Part shown: piece by piece, positions 1 through 9,063 of the stretch | Layout: each line of letters opens with the position of its first letter | How positions within the stretch are numbered: position 1 is the stretch's first letter | Source: Ktedonobacterales bacterium | Lineage (GTDB): Bacteria; Chloroflexota; Ktedonobacteria; Ktedonobacterales; JADMIN01 | Length of the DNA stretch: 32,000 nucleotides | Assembly: GCA_030167145.1 (NCBI GenBank) | Contig: CP126532.1 | Span: forward strand, 5,010,001-5,042,000 | Direction: 5' to 3' | The notes under the pieces: generated by a model | Seen by the model: only the letters and a program-made list of their open reading frames with translations | What the model was told of the DNA's origin: nothing | The model's database searches: none | Translations under genes and position numbers: made by a program

Positions 1-264
1 TTTCGCACTGGTGATTGCGGTCTCACGTCTCCTATCATATGCGGTGGCATGCCTCGTGACAGCGCCGTCTGATGGCGGTTCACCGCGCCAACTTGGAGCA
101 ATGACGCTCTTTGAGCCTTCGGGGGCTGGTCCATACATCGTGAAATTGCAACAGTTTTGTCATATCGTGCCCACATTTCAACGGCACACTGTTGCTCAGC
201 GACACCACAGCACGCAGGTCTGCAGCGTGTCGCGCGTAGTCTGAGAAAGGGCGAATGTACCAGG

Positions 265-1044
265 ATGGATACGACCAATGACACCGTGAATGCACCCTCT
301 GGAGCCAATACCACGCCGCGAGTATCCGCGCTCGAAGCGATTGCTGTCTACAAATCGCTACCGCTGGGCCGCGAGCGCATTGACATCCTCAAAGGGGTCA
401 GTCTGCGCATCCAGCACGGCGAACTCGTCGCGATCATCGGCCCCTCCGGCTCCGGCAAATCGACGCTGCTGGGCATCATCGCCGGCCTCGACCGCCCCAC
501 CCAAGGCCAGGTGCTGGTGGATGGGGTGGACATCACCCGCGCCAGCGAAGGCCAGCTCGCCAGCATCCGCAACCAGAAGATCGGCATGGTCTTCCAAGCC
601 TTCAACCTCATCCCCACCCTCACCGCCCAGGAGAACGTCGAGGTGCCGCTCTACGTCGGCAAGCATCCTGGCAGTCCCGCCAGCCGCGCCCAGGAGTTGC
701 TGACCCTGGTGGGCTTGGGGCACCGGCTGGGCAACAAGCCCAACCAGCTTTCCGGCGGTGAGCAGCAGCGGGTGGCGGTGGCGCGTGCCCTGGCCACCAA
801 CCCGGCGATCATCATCATGGATGAGCCGACCGGCAACCTGGACCGGGCGAACAGTGAGAATGTGCTGCGCATGGTGCGGGATCTGCGCGCCTCGACAGGC
901 ACGACCTTCATCATCGCCACCCATGATCCCACCGTCGCCGCCACCTGTGACCGCGCCATCACCATCGTGGATGGCCTCATCGCGGGCGATGCAAGCACGG
1001 CCAGTGGCGCCACCTCCATCGCTGAACCAGCGGGCGAGGCCTAG
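265..1044 (+). CDS. ABC transporter ATP-binding protein (MacB/LolD/FtsE-like)
   Basis: ORF 157..1044. Walker A GPSGSGKST, Q-loop MVFQAF, signature LSGGEQQRVAVARAL, Walker B IIIMDEPTGNLD, H-loop ATHD. Start placed at ATG 265 (MDTTND...) because the 36 upstream codons look non-protein-like. 157 is the alternative start. Confidence 0.9.
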   Translation: MDTTNDTVNAPSGANTTPRVSALEAIAVYKSLPLGRERIDILKGVSLRIQHGELVAIIGPSGSGKSTLLGIIAGLDRPTQGQVLVDGVDITRASEGQLASIRNQKIGMVFQAFNLIPTLTAQENVEVPLYVGKHPGSPASRAQELLTLVGLGHRLGNKPNQLSGGEQQRVAVARALATNPAIIIMDEPTGNLDRANSENVLRMVRDLRASTGTTFIIATHDPTVAATCDRAITIVDGLIAGDASTASGATSIAEPAGEA

Positions 1045-1067
1045 AAGCGCATGGGAGAAGTAGCGAT

Positions 1068-3818
1068 ATGAAACGAATTGGCATGTACTGGGCCTACACC
1101 ACGCGCTCGCTGGTGCGTGGCGGGCAGCGCACGCTGCTGGCCATATTCTGCGTCGCCGTCGGTGTCCTCGCCATAGTCGCACTCCAGTTGGTTGGCAACA
1201 TGGTGAACTCCGCGCTCACCACCAACGTCCAAGCTGGCAACGGCGGCGACCTCTCCATCCGCAGCGACGTGAACCCACTGACCCAACAGCAGATCGCCGT
1301 GTTCGACCAGTTCAAATCTCAAGGGCTAATCACCAATTACACCGCGATGGCCACCACCAGCGGACAAACCGTTGATAATGCCGGTGATACCCAATTTTAC
1401 AATGTTCGCGCGGTGAATCCCACGAACTTCCCCATTGCTGGTGAACCTGCATTCATCACCCCCAGCGATGGCTCACTTGCCTCGCTGCTCAACGGCAGCA
1501 CCGTTGTCATCACCGATGACCTCCGCAAACAGCTTGGCGTGCAGGTTGGCGATAGCGTCAGCGTCGCCACGAACGATGGGCGCACGCTCAACGTCACTAT
1601 CGGTGGGATCATCGCCAACACCGGCTTCTTCAACTTTCCGCAGATGCTCATCTCGCTGGATGGCTACGCCTCGTTCCCCAGCAGCGCGGGCCTCCCCGTG
1701 ACCTATAGCGCCGTCTTCGCCAACGTCCCTGGTCACACCGACGCCAATGCTGCTCAGGCCAAGAAAGAGATTCAGCAGGCGTTGCCGCTGACCAATATCA
1801 CCACCACCAAAGACGCCTTGCAGCAAAACCAGGATAGCGTGCAGCAGATCCGTTACTTCCTACAAATCGTCGGCCTGCTGGCACTACTGATCGGCGGCGT
1901 TGGCATTATCAACACCATGCAGGTGTTGCTACGTCGCCGTCGCACTGAGATCGCCATGCTCAAGACGGCTGGCTATCGCCGCGGCGACCTCTACGCGCTC
2001 TTCGGGCTGGAAGCCGCGTTGCTTGGACTGGTCGGCGGCATCATCGGCTCAGCCGCTGGCATCGGTGTGAGTTTCCTGGTGCGCGAGTTGTTCCAAAGGG
2101 CCTTCTTTCTCAGCCTGCCCGCCGTCATTGATCCCCTCACTGTCGCCTCTGGGGTGGTGATCGGCTTTGCCACTGCGCTCATCTTTGGCGTCATGCCGAT
2201 TGTCCAGGCGAGCGAGGTCCGCCCGCTGGCGGTATTGCGCGAATTGCCGGAAGGTAGTAGCGCTGGCAGCGTGCTCCTTTCGATCCTGCTTGCGGGATTG
2301 CTAGCCGTGCTGTTCTTCGCGCTGGCCCTCAGCATCCTGCAAAACTTCGGAGTGGCGCTTGGCGCGGTCGTTGGCGCGGGAGTATTCCTCCTAGTGCTCA
2401 GCCTCTTCTTCGGCCTCGTCGTGTTCATTATTGGCAAGATGCCGGTGCTGGAACGTTTCACCTGGTGGTATCTGCTGATTATCGTTGCGGGCATCCTGGT
2501 CTCGGTGGCCGTCATGCTCGCTGCACCCGCCTTTGGCGCGCTCTTCCTCGCGCTCTCGTTGCTGGGGCTGCTGGTGGTGCTGCTGCCGCGTGAGTGGAAG
2601 CAGAACATCAAGATGGCGCTACGTAACATCGGGCGGCAGAAGGCGCGCACGGTGACGACGCTCGTCGCCCTCTTCATCGGCATCTTCGCCATCGGCGTCA
2701 TTCTGGCGCTCGGCCAGAATATCAAAGATAAGCTCAACACTGCTTTCTCCTCGATTTCGACGTACAATTCGTTTATCGTTGCGGGGCCACAGAATAAGGC
2801 CGACGTTGACGCTGCGCTCCAGAAGGCACTCGGCCCCAATTCGCATACGAAGCAGGTCGTCAACACCGTCTCGTTTGCCACGCCGGTCAGCGTCAACGGT
2901 GTGCCTATCCAGAACATCATTCAGCAGGTAACCGGTAACAGTGGGCAGAACCGGCTGGGCAAAGAAGAGTTGATCTCGTATCTCAGCAGCGTCACCGGCT
3001 ACGACCTCGCCGGTGGCAGCCTTCCTGATGCGACCAATGCCCAGGGCAGCAACGCCATCGTTGCCGGCCGCAACCTGACGGCTCAGGACGCGGGCAAGAA
3101 CAATGTTGTCATGTCGTATCGTGCGCGACTCGCGCCGTTGAATCTAAAAGTCGGTGACCAGATCATCGTCCTCTCGCAAGACCAGAAGACGCCGGTCACC
3201 CTCACTGTCGTCGGCTTTACCAATGCGCTATCCTTCGCCGGTGGTGCGATTTTGGCCGATAATAGCGTGGCGAATACACTCAGCGCGGGCAAGCCGTTCT
3301 ACATCTATTCGCTCAAACTATCGCCGGAGAATGCCAACCAGATTCTCCGCTCCGTGCAGAAGCAGGTGCCGTCGATCCAGACCTTCAGCCTGATAGACCT
3401 GGAAGCGGCGATCATCTCGTACCTGAACAACGTGCTGATCCTGCTTACCGCGATTGCCTCACTGGCCATGATCGCCGGCATCATCATCATTGCCAACGCC
3501 GTGGCCCTGGCGATGCTGGAGCGCAGGCGCGAACTGGGCATCCTGAAGTCCGTCGGCTACACCAGCCGAAGTGTGCTGGGTGAAGTCTTGACGGAGAACG
3601 GCGTTATCGGCTTCACCGGTGGCCTGCTGGCAATGTTACTGGTCACGCTCGCCCTGACTGTGCTAGGAAAGCTCCTGTTCAAGACAGACCTGGGCGTCGG
3701 CATACCACTTACGCTGATCTTGGTGCTAGGCACTGCGGCCGTTTGTATGGTGGTCGCCGCTTTCGTCGCCTGGAACGCTACCCGTGTCCGCCCGCTCGAA
3801 GTGCTCCGCTACGAGTAG
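1068..3818 (+). CDS. ABC transporter permease with two FtsX-type modules (MacB/YbbP-like)
   Basis: 916 aa. Each half has a TM helix, a ~230-aa extracytoplasmic loop and 3 TM helices. The halves are joined by extra hydrophobic helices (residues ~390-520). SD GGGAGAAG lies ~8 nt upstream of ATG 1068, 23 nt after the ATPase gene. Confidence 0.88.
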   Translation: MKRIGMYWAYTTRSLVRGGQRTLLAIFCVAVGVLAIVALQLVGNMVNSALTTNVQAGNGGDLSIRSDVNPLTQQQIAVFDQFKSQGLITNYTAMATTSGQTVDNAGDTQFYNVRAVNPTNFPIAGEPAFITPSDGSLASLLNGSTVVITDDLRKQLGVQVGDSVSVATNDGRTLNVTIGGIIANTGFFNFPQMLISLDGYASFPSSAGLPVTYSAVFANVPGHTDANAAQAKKEIQQALPLTNITTTKDALQQNQDSVQQIRYFLQIVGLLALLIGGVGIINTMQVLLRRRRTEIAMLKTAGYRRGDLYALFGLEAALLGLVGGIIGSAAGIGVSFLVRELFQRAFFLSLPAVIDPLTVASGVVIGFATALIFGVMPIVQASEVRPLAVLRELPEGSSAGSVLLSILLAGLLAVLFFALALSILQNFGVALGAVVGAGVFLLVLSLFFGLVVFIIGKMPVLERFTWWYLLIIVAGILVSVAVMLAAPAFGALFLALSLLGLLVVLLPREWKQNIKMALRNIGRQKARTVTTLVALFIGIFAIGVILALGQNIKDKLNTAFSSISTYNSFIVAGPQNKADVDAALQKALGPNSHTKQVVNTVSFATPVSVNGVPIQNIIQQVTGNSGQNRLGKEELISYLSSVTGYDLAGGSLPDATNAQGSNAIVAGRNLTAQDAGKNNVVMSYRARLAPLNLKVGDQIIVLSQDQKTPVTLTVVGFTNALSFAGGAILADNSVANTLSAGKPFYIYSLKLSPENANQILRSVQKQVPSIQTFSLIDLEAAIISYLNNVLILLTAIASLAMIAGIIIIANAVALAMLERRRELGILKSVGYTSRSVLGEVLTENGVIGFTGGLLAMLLVTLALTVLGKLLFKTDLGVGIPLTLILVLGTAAVCMVVAAFVAWNATRVRPLEVLRYE

Positions 3819-3831
3819 CCAGATACAACTA

Positions 3832-3873
3832 CTGGCCCTCCTCACCCCATCAATCAGGAGTGGCGAGGGCCAG
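3832..3873. terminator. Hairpin between convergent genes (possible bidirectional terminator)
   Basis: Perfect 9-bp stem CTGGCCCTC / GAGGGCCAG (3832-3840 / 3865-3873) with a 24-nt loop. It sits between the permease stop (3818) and the DUF2252 stop (3900). No clear U-tract on either side. Confidence 0.3.
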
Positions 3874-3899
3874 GTAGATTACTATCCGCTTTACCGTCG

Positions 3900-5345
3900 T
3901 TACTGACCAGAACTCGCCGCGACGATCCGCCCGCTCTTGATCGCCGCGAGAAAAGCCTTGTGGTCGCGTTCCGTCTGGTCGGCATACGCCTCGGCAAACG
4001 ATGCGATAGCCAGGTCGAAGCGCTCGCTCACACCGAGATACGCCGAGATCTCGATGGGATCTCCTGTGCGGGCATGGGCACGGGCCAGCGCCCACCCACA
4101 GATACTGGCGTAGAAGTTCATGGTCATCGGCGTCATGGTCTCGATCTCTGCCGATCCCTTCATATCGCGCAACTGCCGGAAATAGAAGTCGCGCCCCTCG
4201 GGGCCACGTATCCAACCCAGAAAGATGTCGGATGCCGCCTGCATCAGCCGTTGCCCCGCAACCACGCGCTCGCCCTGATTCCGGTAGGCGCTCTTGGGGA
4301 GGTGGCTTTCCAGTACCGACGCCTCCGCCTCCTTGACTTGCAGGAAGAGCGGATCGAACTCATCCCGCCCATCCATCAGCGCAATGAAGCACCGTGTGCC
4401 GACGCTGCCAACCCCCACCACCTTGCGTGCCAGATCCTCGAACTGATAGTGTTGTAGCAGATGGCGATAGTCGTCCCGCAGCGTCTGCTGGTAGGCGTGG
4501 ATGAGTTTGCGAAGCTCCTCCATCTGATCTTCTACGGGAATCCGCATCAGAAGTGGCGGGTCACTGGCGATCACATGGCGCCCATCCACGATCTCTGTCA
4601 TCTTGTCGAACGCCTGTAGACTGCCGCGCGATTCCGTCTTCGTAATGGTCCGTTGCAGTTGTTTTTTCTGCTGCTTGGTGGATAGCCGCTCCAACAAGTT
4701 TTGCGCAGTAACATGCGAGTACCATATCTCAATATCGCGCATCTCCGCGAACTCCGCCATATGCTCCCGGTAGGAGCGCACAACGGTCATCACGGCCTCG
4801 CGGCACTCTGCCGCCGTAAAGCCGTTGCCCCGCCCGGCAACGGTAAAGCTCGCGGCAAGGCGCTTCATGTCCCATTCCCACGGGCCGGGAAGTGTCTCAT
4901 CAAAGTCGTTGATATCAAACATCAGGGTGCGCTCTGGGGAAGCGTAGGCCCCGAAGTTCGATAGGTGACAGTCTCCACAGAGCTGAGTTCTGATGCCGGT
5001 AATCGGAGTCCGGGCGAGGTCGTGCGCCATTACGATGGCAGATCCTCGAAAAAAGGTGAAGGGCGAGACACGCATGCGCGAATAGCGAATGGGCACCAGA
5101 TCGGGCAAGCGGGTCTTTGCCTGAGATTCCAGCAGCGCAATGGGATCGGTACGATCAGGCGCCTCCACCCAGTAGGAATGGCTGCTGCGAGGAACTTTCT
5201 CGCGTAGAGCGCGTCCACGCTCTTGCCGCTCCGCCACCGTAAGACGTGCCACGCGCTTTTCTGGCAATACCGCCGTTGGTGGATGCACCTCTACCTCAGG
5301 GATGTCGTGTTCCGCAACTGGATTGCTACTTGTTTTCGTCGCCAT
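3900..5345 (-). CDS. DUF2252 domain-containing protein
   Basis: ORF 3900..5444. Motifs LVPIRYSRMRVSPFTFFRGSA, CGDCHLSNFG and FDINDFDETLPGPWEWDMKRL match my recollection of the DUF2252 family. Start set at ATG 5345 (MATKTSS...), which has AGGAG 6 nt upstream. Confidence 0.8.
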   Translation of the reverse strand: MATKTSSNPVAEHDIPEVEVHPPTAVLPEKRVARLTVAERQERGRALREKVPRSSHSYWVEAPDRTDPIALLESQAKTRLPDLVPIRYSRMRVSPFTFFRGSAIVMAHDLARTPITGIRTQLCGDCHLSNFGAYASPERTLMFDINDFDETLPGPWEWDMKRLAASFTVAGRGNGFTAAECREAVMTVVRSYREHMAEFAEMRDIEIWYSHVTAQNLLERLSTKQQKKQLQRTITKTESRGSLQAFDKMTEIVDGRHVIASDPPLLMRIPVEDQMEELRKLIHAYQQTLRDDYRHLLQHYQFEDLARKVVGVGSVGTRCFIALMDGRDEFDPLFLQVKEAEASVLESHLPKSAYRNQGERVVAGQRLMQAASDIFLGWIRGPEGRDFYFRQLRDMKGSAEIETMTPMTMNFYASICGWALARAHARTGDPIEISAYLGVSERFDLAIASFAEAYADQTERDHKAFLAAIKSGRIVAASSGQ

Positions 5346-5835
5346 ACTATACTCCTTGTGCCACGTCGTAACCCGCCCGGGACGATTGCTAAACAATCTG
5401 ATCCTCGGTGCGGATGTAGTGAGGTAGCGCGTTTTCTGTTTCACGAGACAGTGTGTCGCTACGCGGCTGGTAGATCACTCCTTTCAATGTCATTGGCGCA
5501 CGGCCAATGAACGCGCTTTCCCGGGCCAACGTGTGCAAAGGAGCGAGGATACGTTCTCCAAGCACGATATGGCGGGGACGTGACCGCCATCGTTCGAGCG
5601 ATAAGTTGAAGGCGTTGGACTTACCGCACCCGACCAACTCTTGCATGCGCTGTGCCACTTGCTGGCCTTAGACTTCGACATACAGATGGCGAACTACGAT
5701 CTACTCAATGGACGCACTCTCCAATAGGGTTGCGCGTGGCCATCACCTCATGTGCCATTAACCGCGCCGCCCTGCTTGGACTATGACATAGCAAGAGCAG
5801 TTCCACTGCCATCGAGAGAGTTGAAGAGCAATGAG

Positions 5836-5873
5836 AAAGACCAGCATTGCCCCCTCTGGCAGTGCTGGTCTTT
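5836..5873 (-). terminator. Intrinsic terminator candidate downstream of PBP-A
   Basis: 16-bp stem (5836-5851 / 5858-5873) with one G-U wobble and a 6-nt loop, starting 24 nt after the PBP-A stop. On the minus-strand RNA it is followed by UUUCUCAUUGCUCUUC. Confidence 0.55.
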
Positions 5874-5896
5874 GGGATGCGGGAAAGAGCGACGCG

Positions 5897-8800
5897 CTAG
5901 GATACCTGCGGCTCCTGCCCCTGGATGTACCAATCGAGGTCTGGCTGGGTCTTTGGGAAGCCGTTATCGAGCTTGTACAGGATCTTCGAACACCACGGTT
6001 TGCAGGCGATGGCATAGGACGGCGGATTCGGCGTGCATGAAATGCCGCCAGCGGGGGATCCCTGGTACGGCGCAAGACCGGTATCACAGTTGAAGTAGCC
6101 GCGCGCCATATCCTGAGGAATCGGGAACTGCGCCACATCCGGCCAGTGGTAATGCTGATACATCCACATCATGACATCATGATAGATGTAACCCGCGCCC
6201 GCCACACCGATGATATCCGAGGCCATATCCGCGCCGTTGGCGTTGCCGATCCACGCGCCGAATGTGACGAATGGCGAGTAGCCAACGGTCAAGATGTCTT
6301 TTGGCCCGGTCGGGCCTGATGAGGTGCCGGTCTTGGCTGCAAGGGCGATGCCCGCTGGCTCGCCGCGTGCCGCCTCGAAGTGAATTGGGTTTTGCGTGTA
6401 GCCGAAGTCCTGGGCACGTGCTTTGTTGTCAGTCAGGATGCTGGTCATCATGTAGGCCGCCTGTGGACTCATCACCTGCGCGCCCTTGGGCTGTTGCGGC
6501 GCCTGATAGACCACATTACCCGAGGCGTCTTCCACCCGCAAGATCGCCCGCGGCGGCTGGCGCACCCCGCCGTCCGCGAAGACCGAATACGCGCCGGTGA
6601 GCTGCAAGAGCGGAATCTCCGCCGTGCCCAGCGCGGTGGTCACCGTGAGGTCATTCGGTGACTTGATCGCCGTTACGCCTAGCCGTTGCAGCCAGTCATA
6701 GGTCATCTGGCCGTAGTTGCCGTAGCCCGCGAAGGCCATCGTCTCGGTGGCGGCGATGTTGAGCGAGTTGCCCAGCATGTAGCGAATCGGATAGGTGCCG
6801 TTGAAGAAATTGGCATCGTAGTTGGTCGGCACGTAATGCGGACCGCAGGACTTGGCCGGTGTCTGGTCGGAGTGGCCGCCATCGTCGGGGAAGCAGATCG
6901 GCACATCGTGCAGCATCGTCCCTGGCGTCCAGCCCATTTGGAACGCGGCGGAATAGATCAGCGGCTTGAAGGCTGATCCCATCGAGCGCGGGCTATCCGC
7001 CACGTTGACCTTGCCGCGTACCTTGGCGCTGTCGTCGCTGTAGTCCACCGAGCCGACCATCGCCAGAATGTCGCCGTTGTGCTGGTCAATTGCTACCCCC
7101 GCGCCGTCATTGGCGTTGCTGGTCGTCGAGAGTGGGCAATCTAAACCACCGCATGCTCCGTTTCCATACCAGGGATTCTGATAGTTGCTGCGGATATAGT
7201 ACTTCAGCCGCTGCTGGATGTAGTTGTTCAGGTTGAGATCCAGCGTGGTGTAGATCTTCAGCCCCGCCGTCTCCAGCGCGCTGACACCCCACTCATTGGC
7301 CAGTTCTTGCACTACGTAGTCCACGAAGTGCGGCGCGAGGTCCAGCGCGCTGCCGGAGTCGGTGCTCTTGGAATACGTGTCAATAGTGTAGATCTTCTGG
7401 TTGACCAGCATGTCTTGTAGCTCGCGCACCGCTTGGTCGTGATCGGCCTGGGTCATGTGGATGCCCGTGCCCTGATATTGCAGCACATCGTCCAGCACCG
7501 CTCTGGAACGGCAGTAGGCCAACCACTCATGGCCGTGAACGCTGTACCAACTGTATGCGAAGTCGGGGATGTAGTAGTTCGTGTCGCAGGTGTGGCCCGG
7601 TTGAAATGGATCATCCCATTGGCTCTGCTGACAAGGGGCTTTGGAGCAGGAATACTGGTCGGGGTGATAGATGGTGGGGTTGTTGATGACGGCCGCCATC
7701 ATCGCCGCTTGTGCCCAGTCCATCTGCTGATTCGCCATCAGATATTGACCGTTCACGACACCTGGACTCAGATGGAAGTAGTAGCGCGCCGCCGCCTCGA
7801 TGCCCTTGTAGAGGCCGTTGTAGTAGACGGTGTTGAGGTACATCTCCAGGATCTGTGCCTTGGTGTATTGCTGGGTGATGCCGTAGGCCAGAATCGCCTC
7901 GTTGAGTTTGCGGGTCAGCGCCTTGGTGCTGTCCTTGAGCACGATGTTCTTCACCAATTGCTGCGTGATGGTGGATGCGCCCTGGGATGCGCTACCCTTC
8001 TGAGCGTCCACCGTAGCCGCGCGCAGCGTCGCGAAGAAATCAATGCCAATATCCTGATAGAAGCTGCGATTCTCGATGTCTAGGGTTGCCCACTGCACCT
8101 TGGGGCTGATCTGCGAGAGCGGCACATAGAAGTTGAACTCGCTGTTGCCTTTGAGCACGGCGATGGTGGTGCCATTGCGGTCGTAGATGACGCTGTTGGT
8201 CTGATTCTTCAGGTTGGCCAGCGCCTGAATGTCCGGCGTATGCAACTGGTAGTAGCTGACGGCATAGTATGCGCCGAAGCCACCGCCGCCAGCCATGGAA
8301 ACGGCTAGCGTTACCAGAAAGACCACCGTCGCCGCGTAGACCAGCGGATTGCGGGGCATGCGGCTCTGCCGCCACTTCTGCGCGATCAAGCGTGTGCGCG
8401 AGCGGCGAAACGCTTGTGGCCCCTTGGGCTTTGTCGTTCCTGCTTGCGGGGGATAGTTCGGCGTGAAAGCAGGTGGAGGGCCAAAGGAACTACCTTGATC
8501 TATTCCGGCGACACCAAATGCGTTTGCGCCGCTGGGCGGTGGCATCTGCGCATCAAATTGAGATGGTTGTGCATTGGGATACGGCGGGCGGGCGTCGAAC
8601 TGCGGAGCACGCGCGGCAGCCATGAAATCACTGAAGCGCTGCGAGAGGCTGCGCGCCGCGTGCCGAGCTAGCTCGGCCATCGTGCGGCGCGGTGGGCGTG
8701 GGCGGAAATCACCGTTGCCGCCGCCCTGGTCCCCTGGCCCACGTTGTCCAGGGGGCGGGCCATTGGGGCTGGGCGGCTGGAATGGTCCGCCAGCATGATT

Positions 8801-8947
8801 AGGCCCGGGGCGTGAGGGCAGCATGGCGGCGTCGCGGGGTGGCTGAGGGGGCGTGCCCCAGCCACCTGGAGCACGGCTTCCACGATTATCCGGCCATCGG
8901 TTTGGTGTTCCATCATCATAGCCGTCCGGTGGCATGTCCCATCCCAT
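5897..8947 (-). CDS. Class A penicillin-binding protein (GT51 transglycosylase + transpeptidase), paralog A
   Basis: 1016 aa. GT51 motifs ENRSFYQDIGID, GASTITQQLVKN and RKLNEA. Transpeptidase motifs SAFK (SxxK), SLN (SxN) and KTGT. One TM helix at ~residues 202-225 after a 201-aa Pro/Gly/Gln-rich tail. SD GAGGAGG lies 6 nt upstream of ATG 8947. Confidence 0.93.
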   Translation of the reverse strand: MGWDMPPDGYDDGTPNRWPDNRGSRAPGGWGTPPQPPRDAAMLPSRPGPNHAGGPFQPPSPNGPPPGQRGPGDQGGGNGDFRPRPPRRTMAELARHAARSLSQRFSDFMAAARAPQFDARPPYPNAQPSQFDAQMPPPSGANAFGVAGIDQGSSFGPPPAFTPNYPPQAGTTKPKGPQAFRRSRTRLIAQKWRQSRMPRNPLVYAATVVFLVTLAVSMAGGGGFGAYYAVSYYQLHTPDIQALANLKNQTNSVIYDRNGTTIAVLKGNSEFNFYVPLSQISPKVQWATLDIENRSFYQDIGIDFFATLRAATVDAQKGSASQGASTITQQLVKNIVLKDSTKALTRKLNEAILAYGITQQYTKAQILEMYLNTVYYNGLYKGIEAAARYYFHLSPGVVNGQYLMANQQMDWAQAAMMAAVINNPTIYHPDQYSCSKAPCQQSQWDDPFQPGHTCDTNYYIPDFAYSWYSVHGHEWLAYCRSRAVLDDVLQYQGTGIHMTQADHDQAVRELQDMLVNQKIYTIDTYSKSTDSGSALDLAPHFVDYVVQELANEWGVSALETAGLKIYTTLDLNLNNYIQQRLKYYIRSNYQNPWYGNGACGGLDCPLSTTSNANDGAGVAIDQHNGDILAMVGSVDYSDDSAKVRGKVNVADSPRSMGSAFKPLIYSAAFQMGWTPGTMLHDVPICFPDDGGHSDQTPAKSCGPHYVPTNYDANFFNGTYPIRYMLGNSLNIAATETMAFAGYGNYGQMTYDWLQRLGVTAIKSPNDLTVTTALGTAEIPLLQLTGAYSVFADGGVRQPPRAILRVEDASGNVVYQAPQQPKGAQVMSPQAAYMMTSILTDNKARAQDFGYTQNPIHFEAARGEPAGIALAAKTGTSSGPTGPKDILTVGYSPFVTFGAWIGNANGADMASDIIGVAGAGYIYHDVMMWMYQHYHWPDVAQFPIPQDMARGYFNCDTGLAPYQGSPAGGISCTPNPPSYAIACKPWCSKILYKLDNGFPKTQPDLDWYIQGQEPQVS

Positions 8948-9063
8948 CGCTTCGCCTCCTCAATAGCTATTCGGTATGGCGCTCGATTGAACCAACCTGA
9001 AAGCCGCGATTCCCTGTCACCCGAAGAGCGGGCTAGGTAATGAAACACCTCCGCATTGCTACC

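Noticed and set aside
157-264. N-terminal extensions implied by the ORF-track starts (157, 5444, 12388, 14885, 18320, 18928, 22851, 25330).
   Set aside because: Downstream in-frame starts have Shine-Dalgarno sequences at proper spacing and give N-termini typical of the families. The extensions overlap upstream genes or promoters and look non-protein-like.
358-1182. Long antisense or alternative-frame ORFs inside confidently assigned genes. Examples: 358..1182(-), 1991..2920(-), 7433..8083(+), 10945..11640(+), 11674..12347(+), 12330..12893(-), 16434..17024(+), 13120..13563(-), 30873..31295(-).
   Set aside because: Their translations are Arg/Ala/Ser/Gly/Pro-rich low-complexity strings with no motifs. 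They lie opposite genes with strong family signatures. This is the typical stop-codon-poor shadow-frame pattern of high-GC DNA.
5389-5658. 89-codon minus-strand ORF upstream of the DUF2252 gene, containing ELVGCGKSNAF, which superficially resembles a P-loop.
   Set aside because: The string does not satisfy GxxxxGK(S/T). The start is a GTG without a convincing SD. There is no other recognisable motif. It could be a gene remnant or a small protein, but I cannot support a call.
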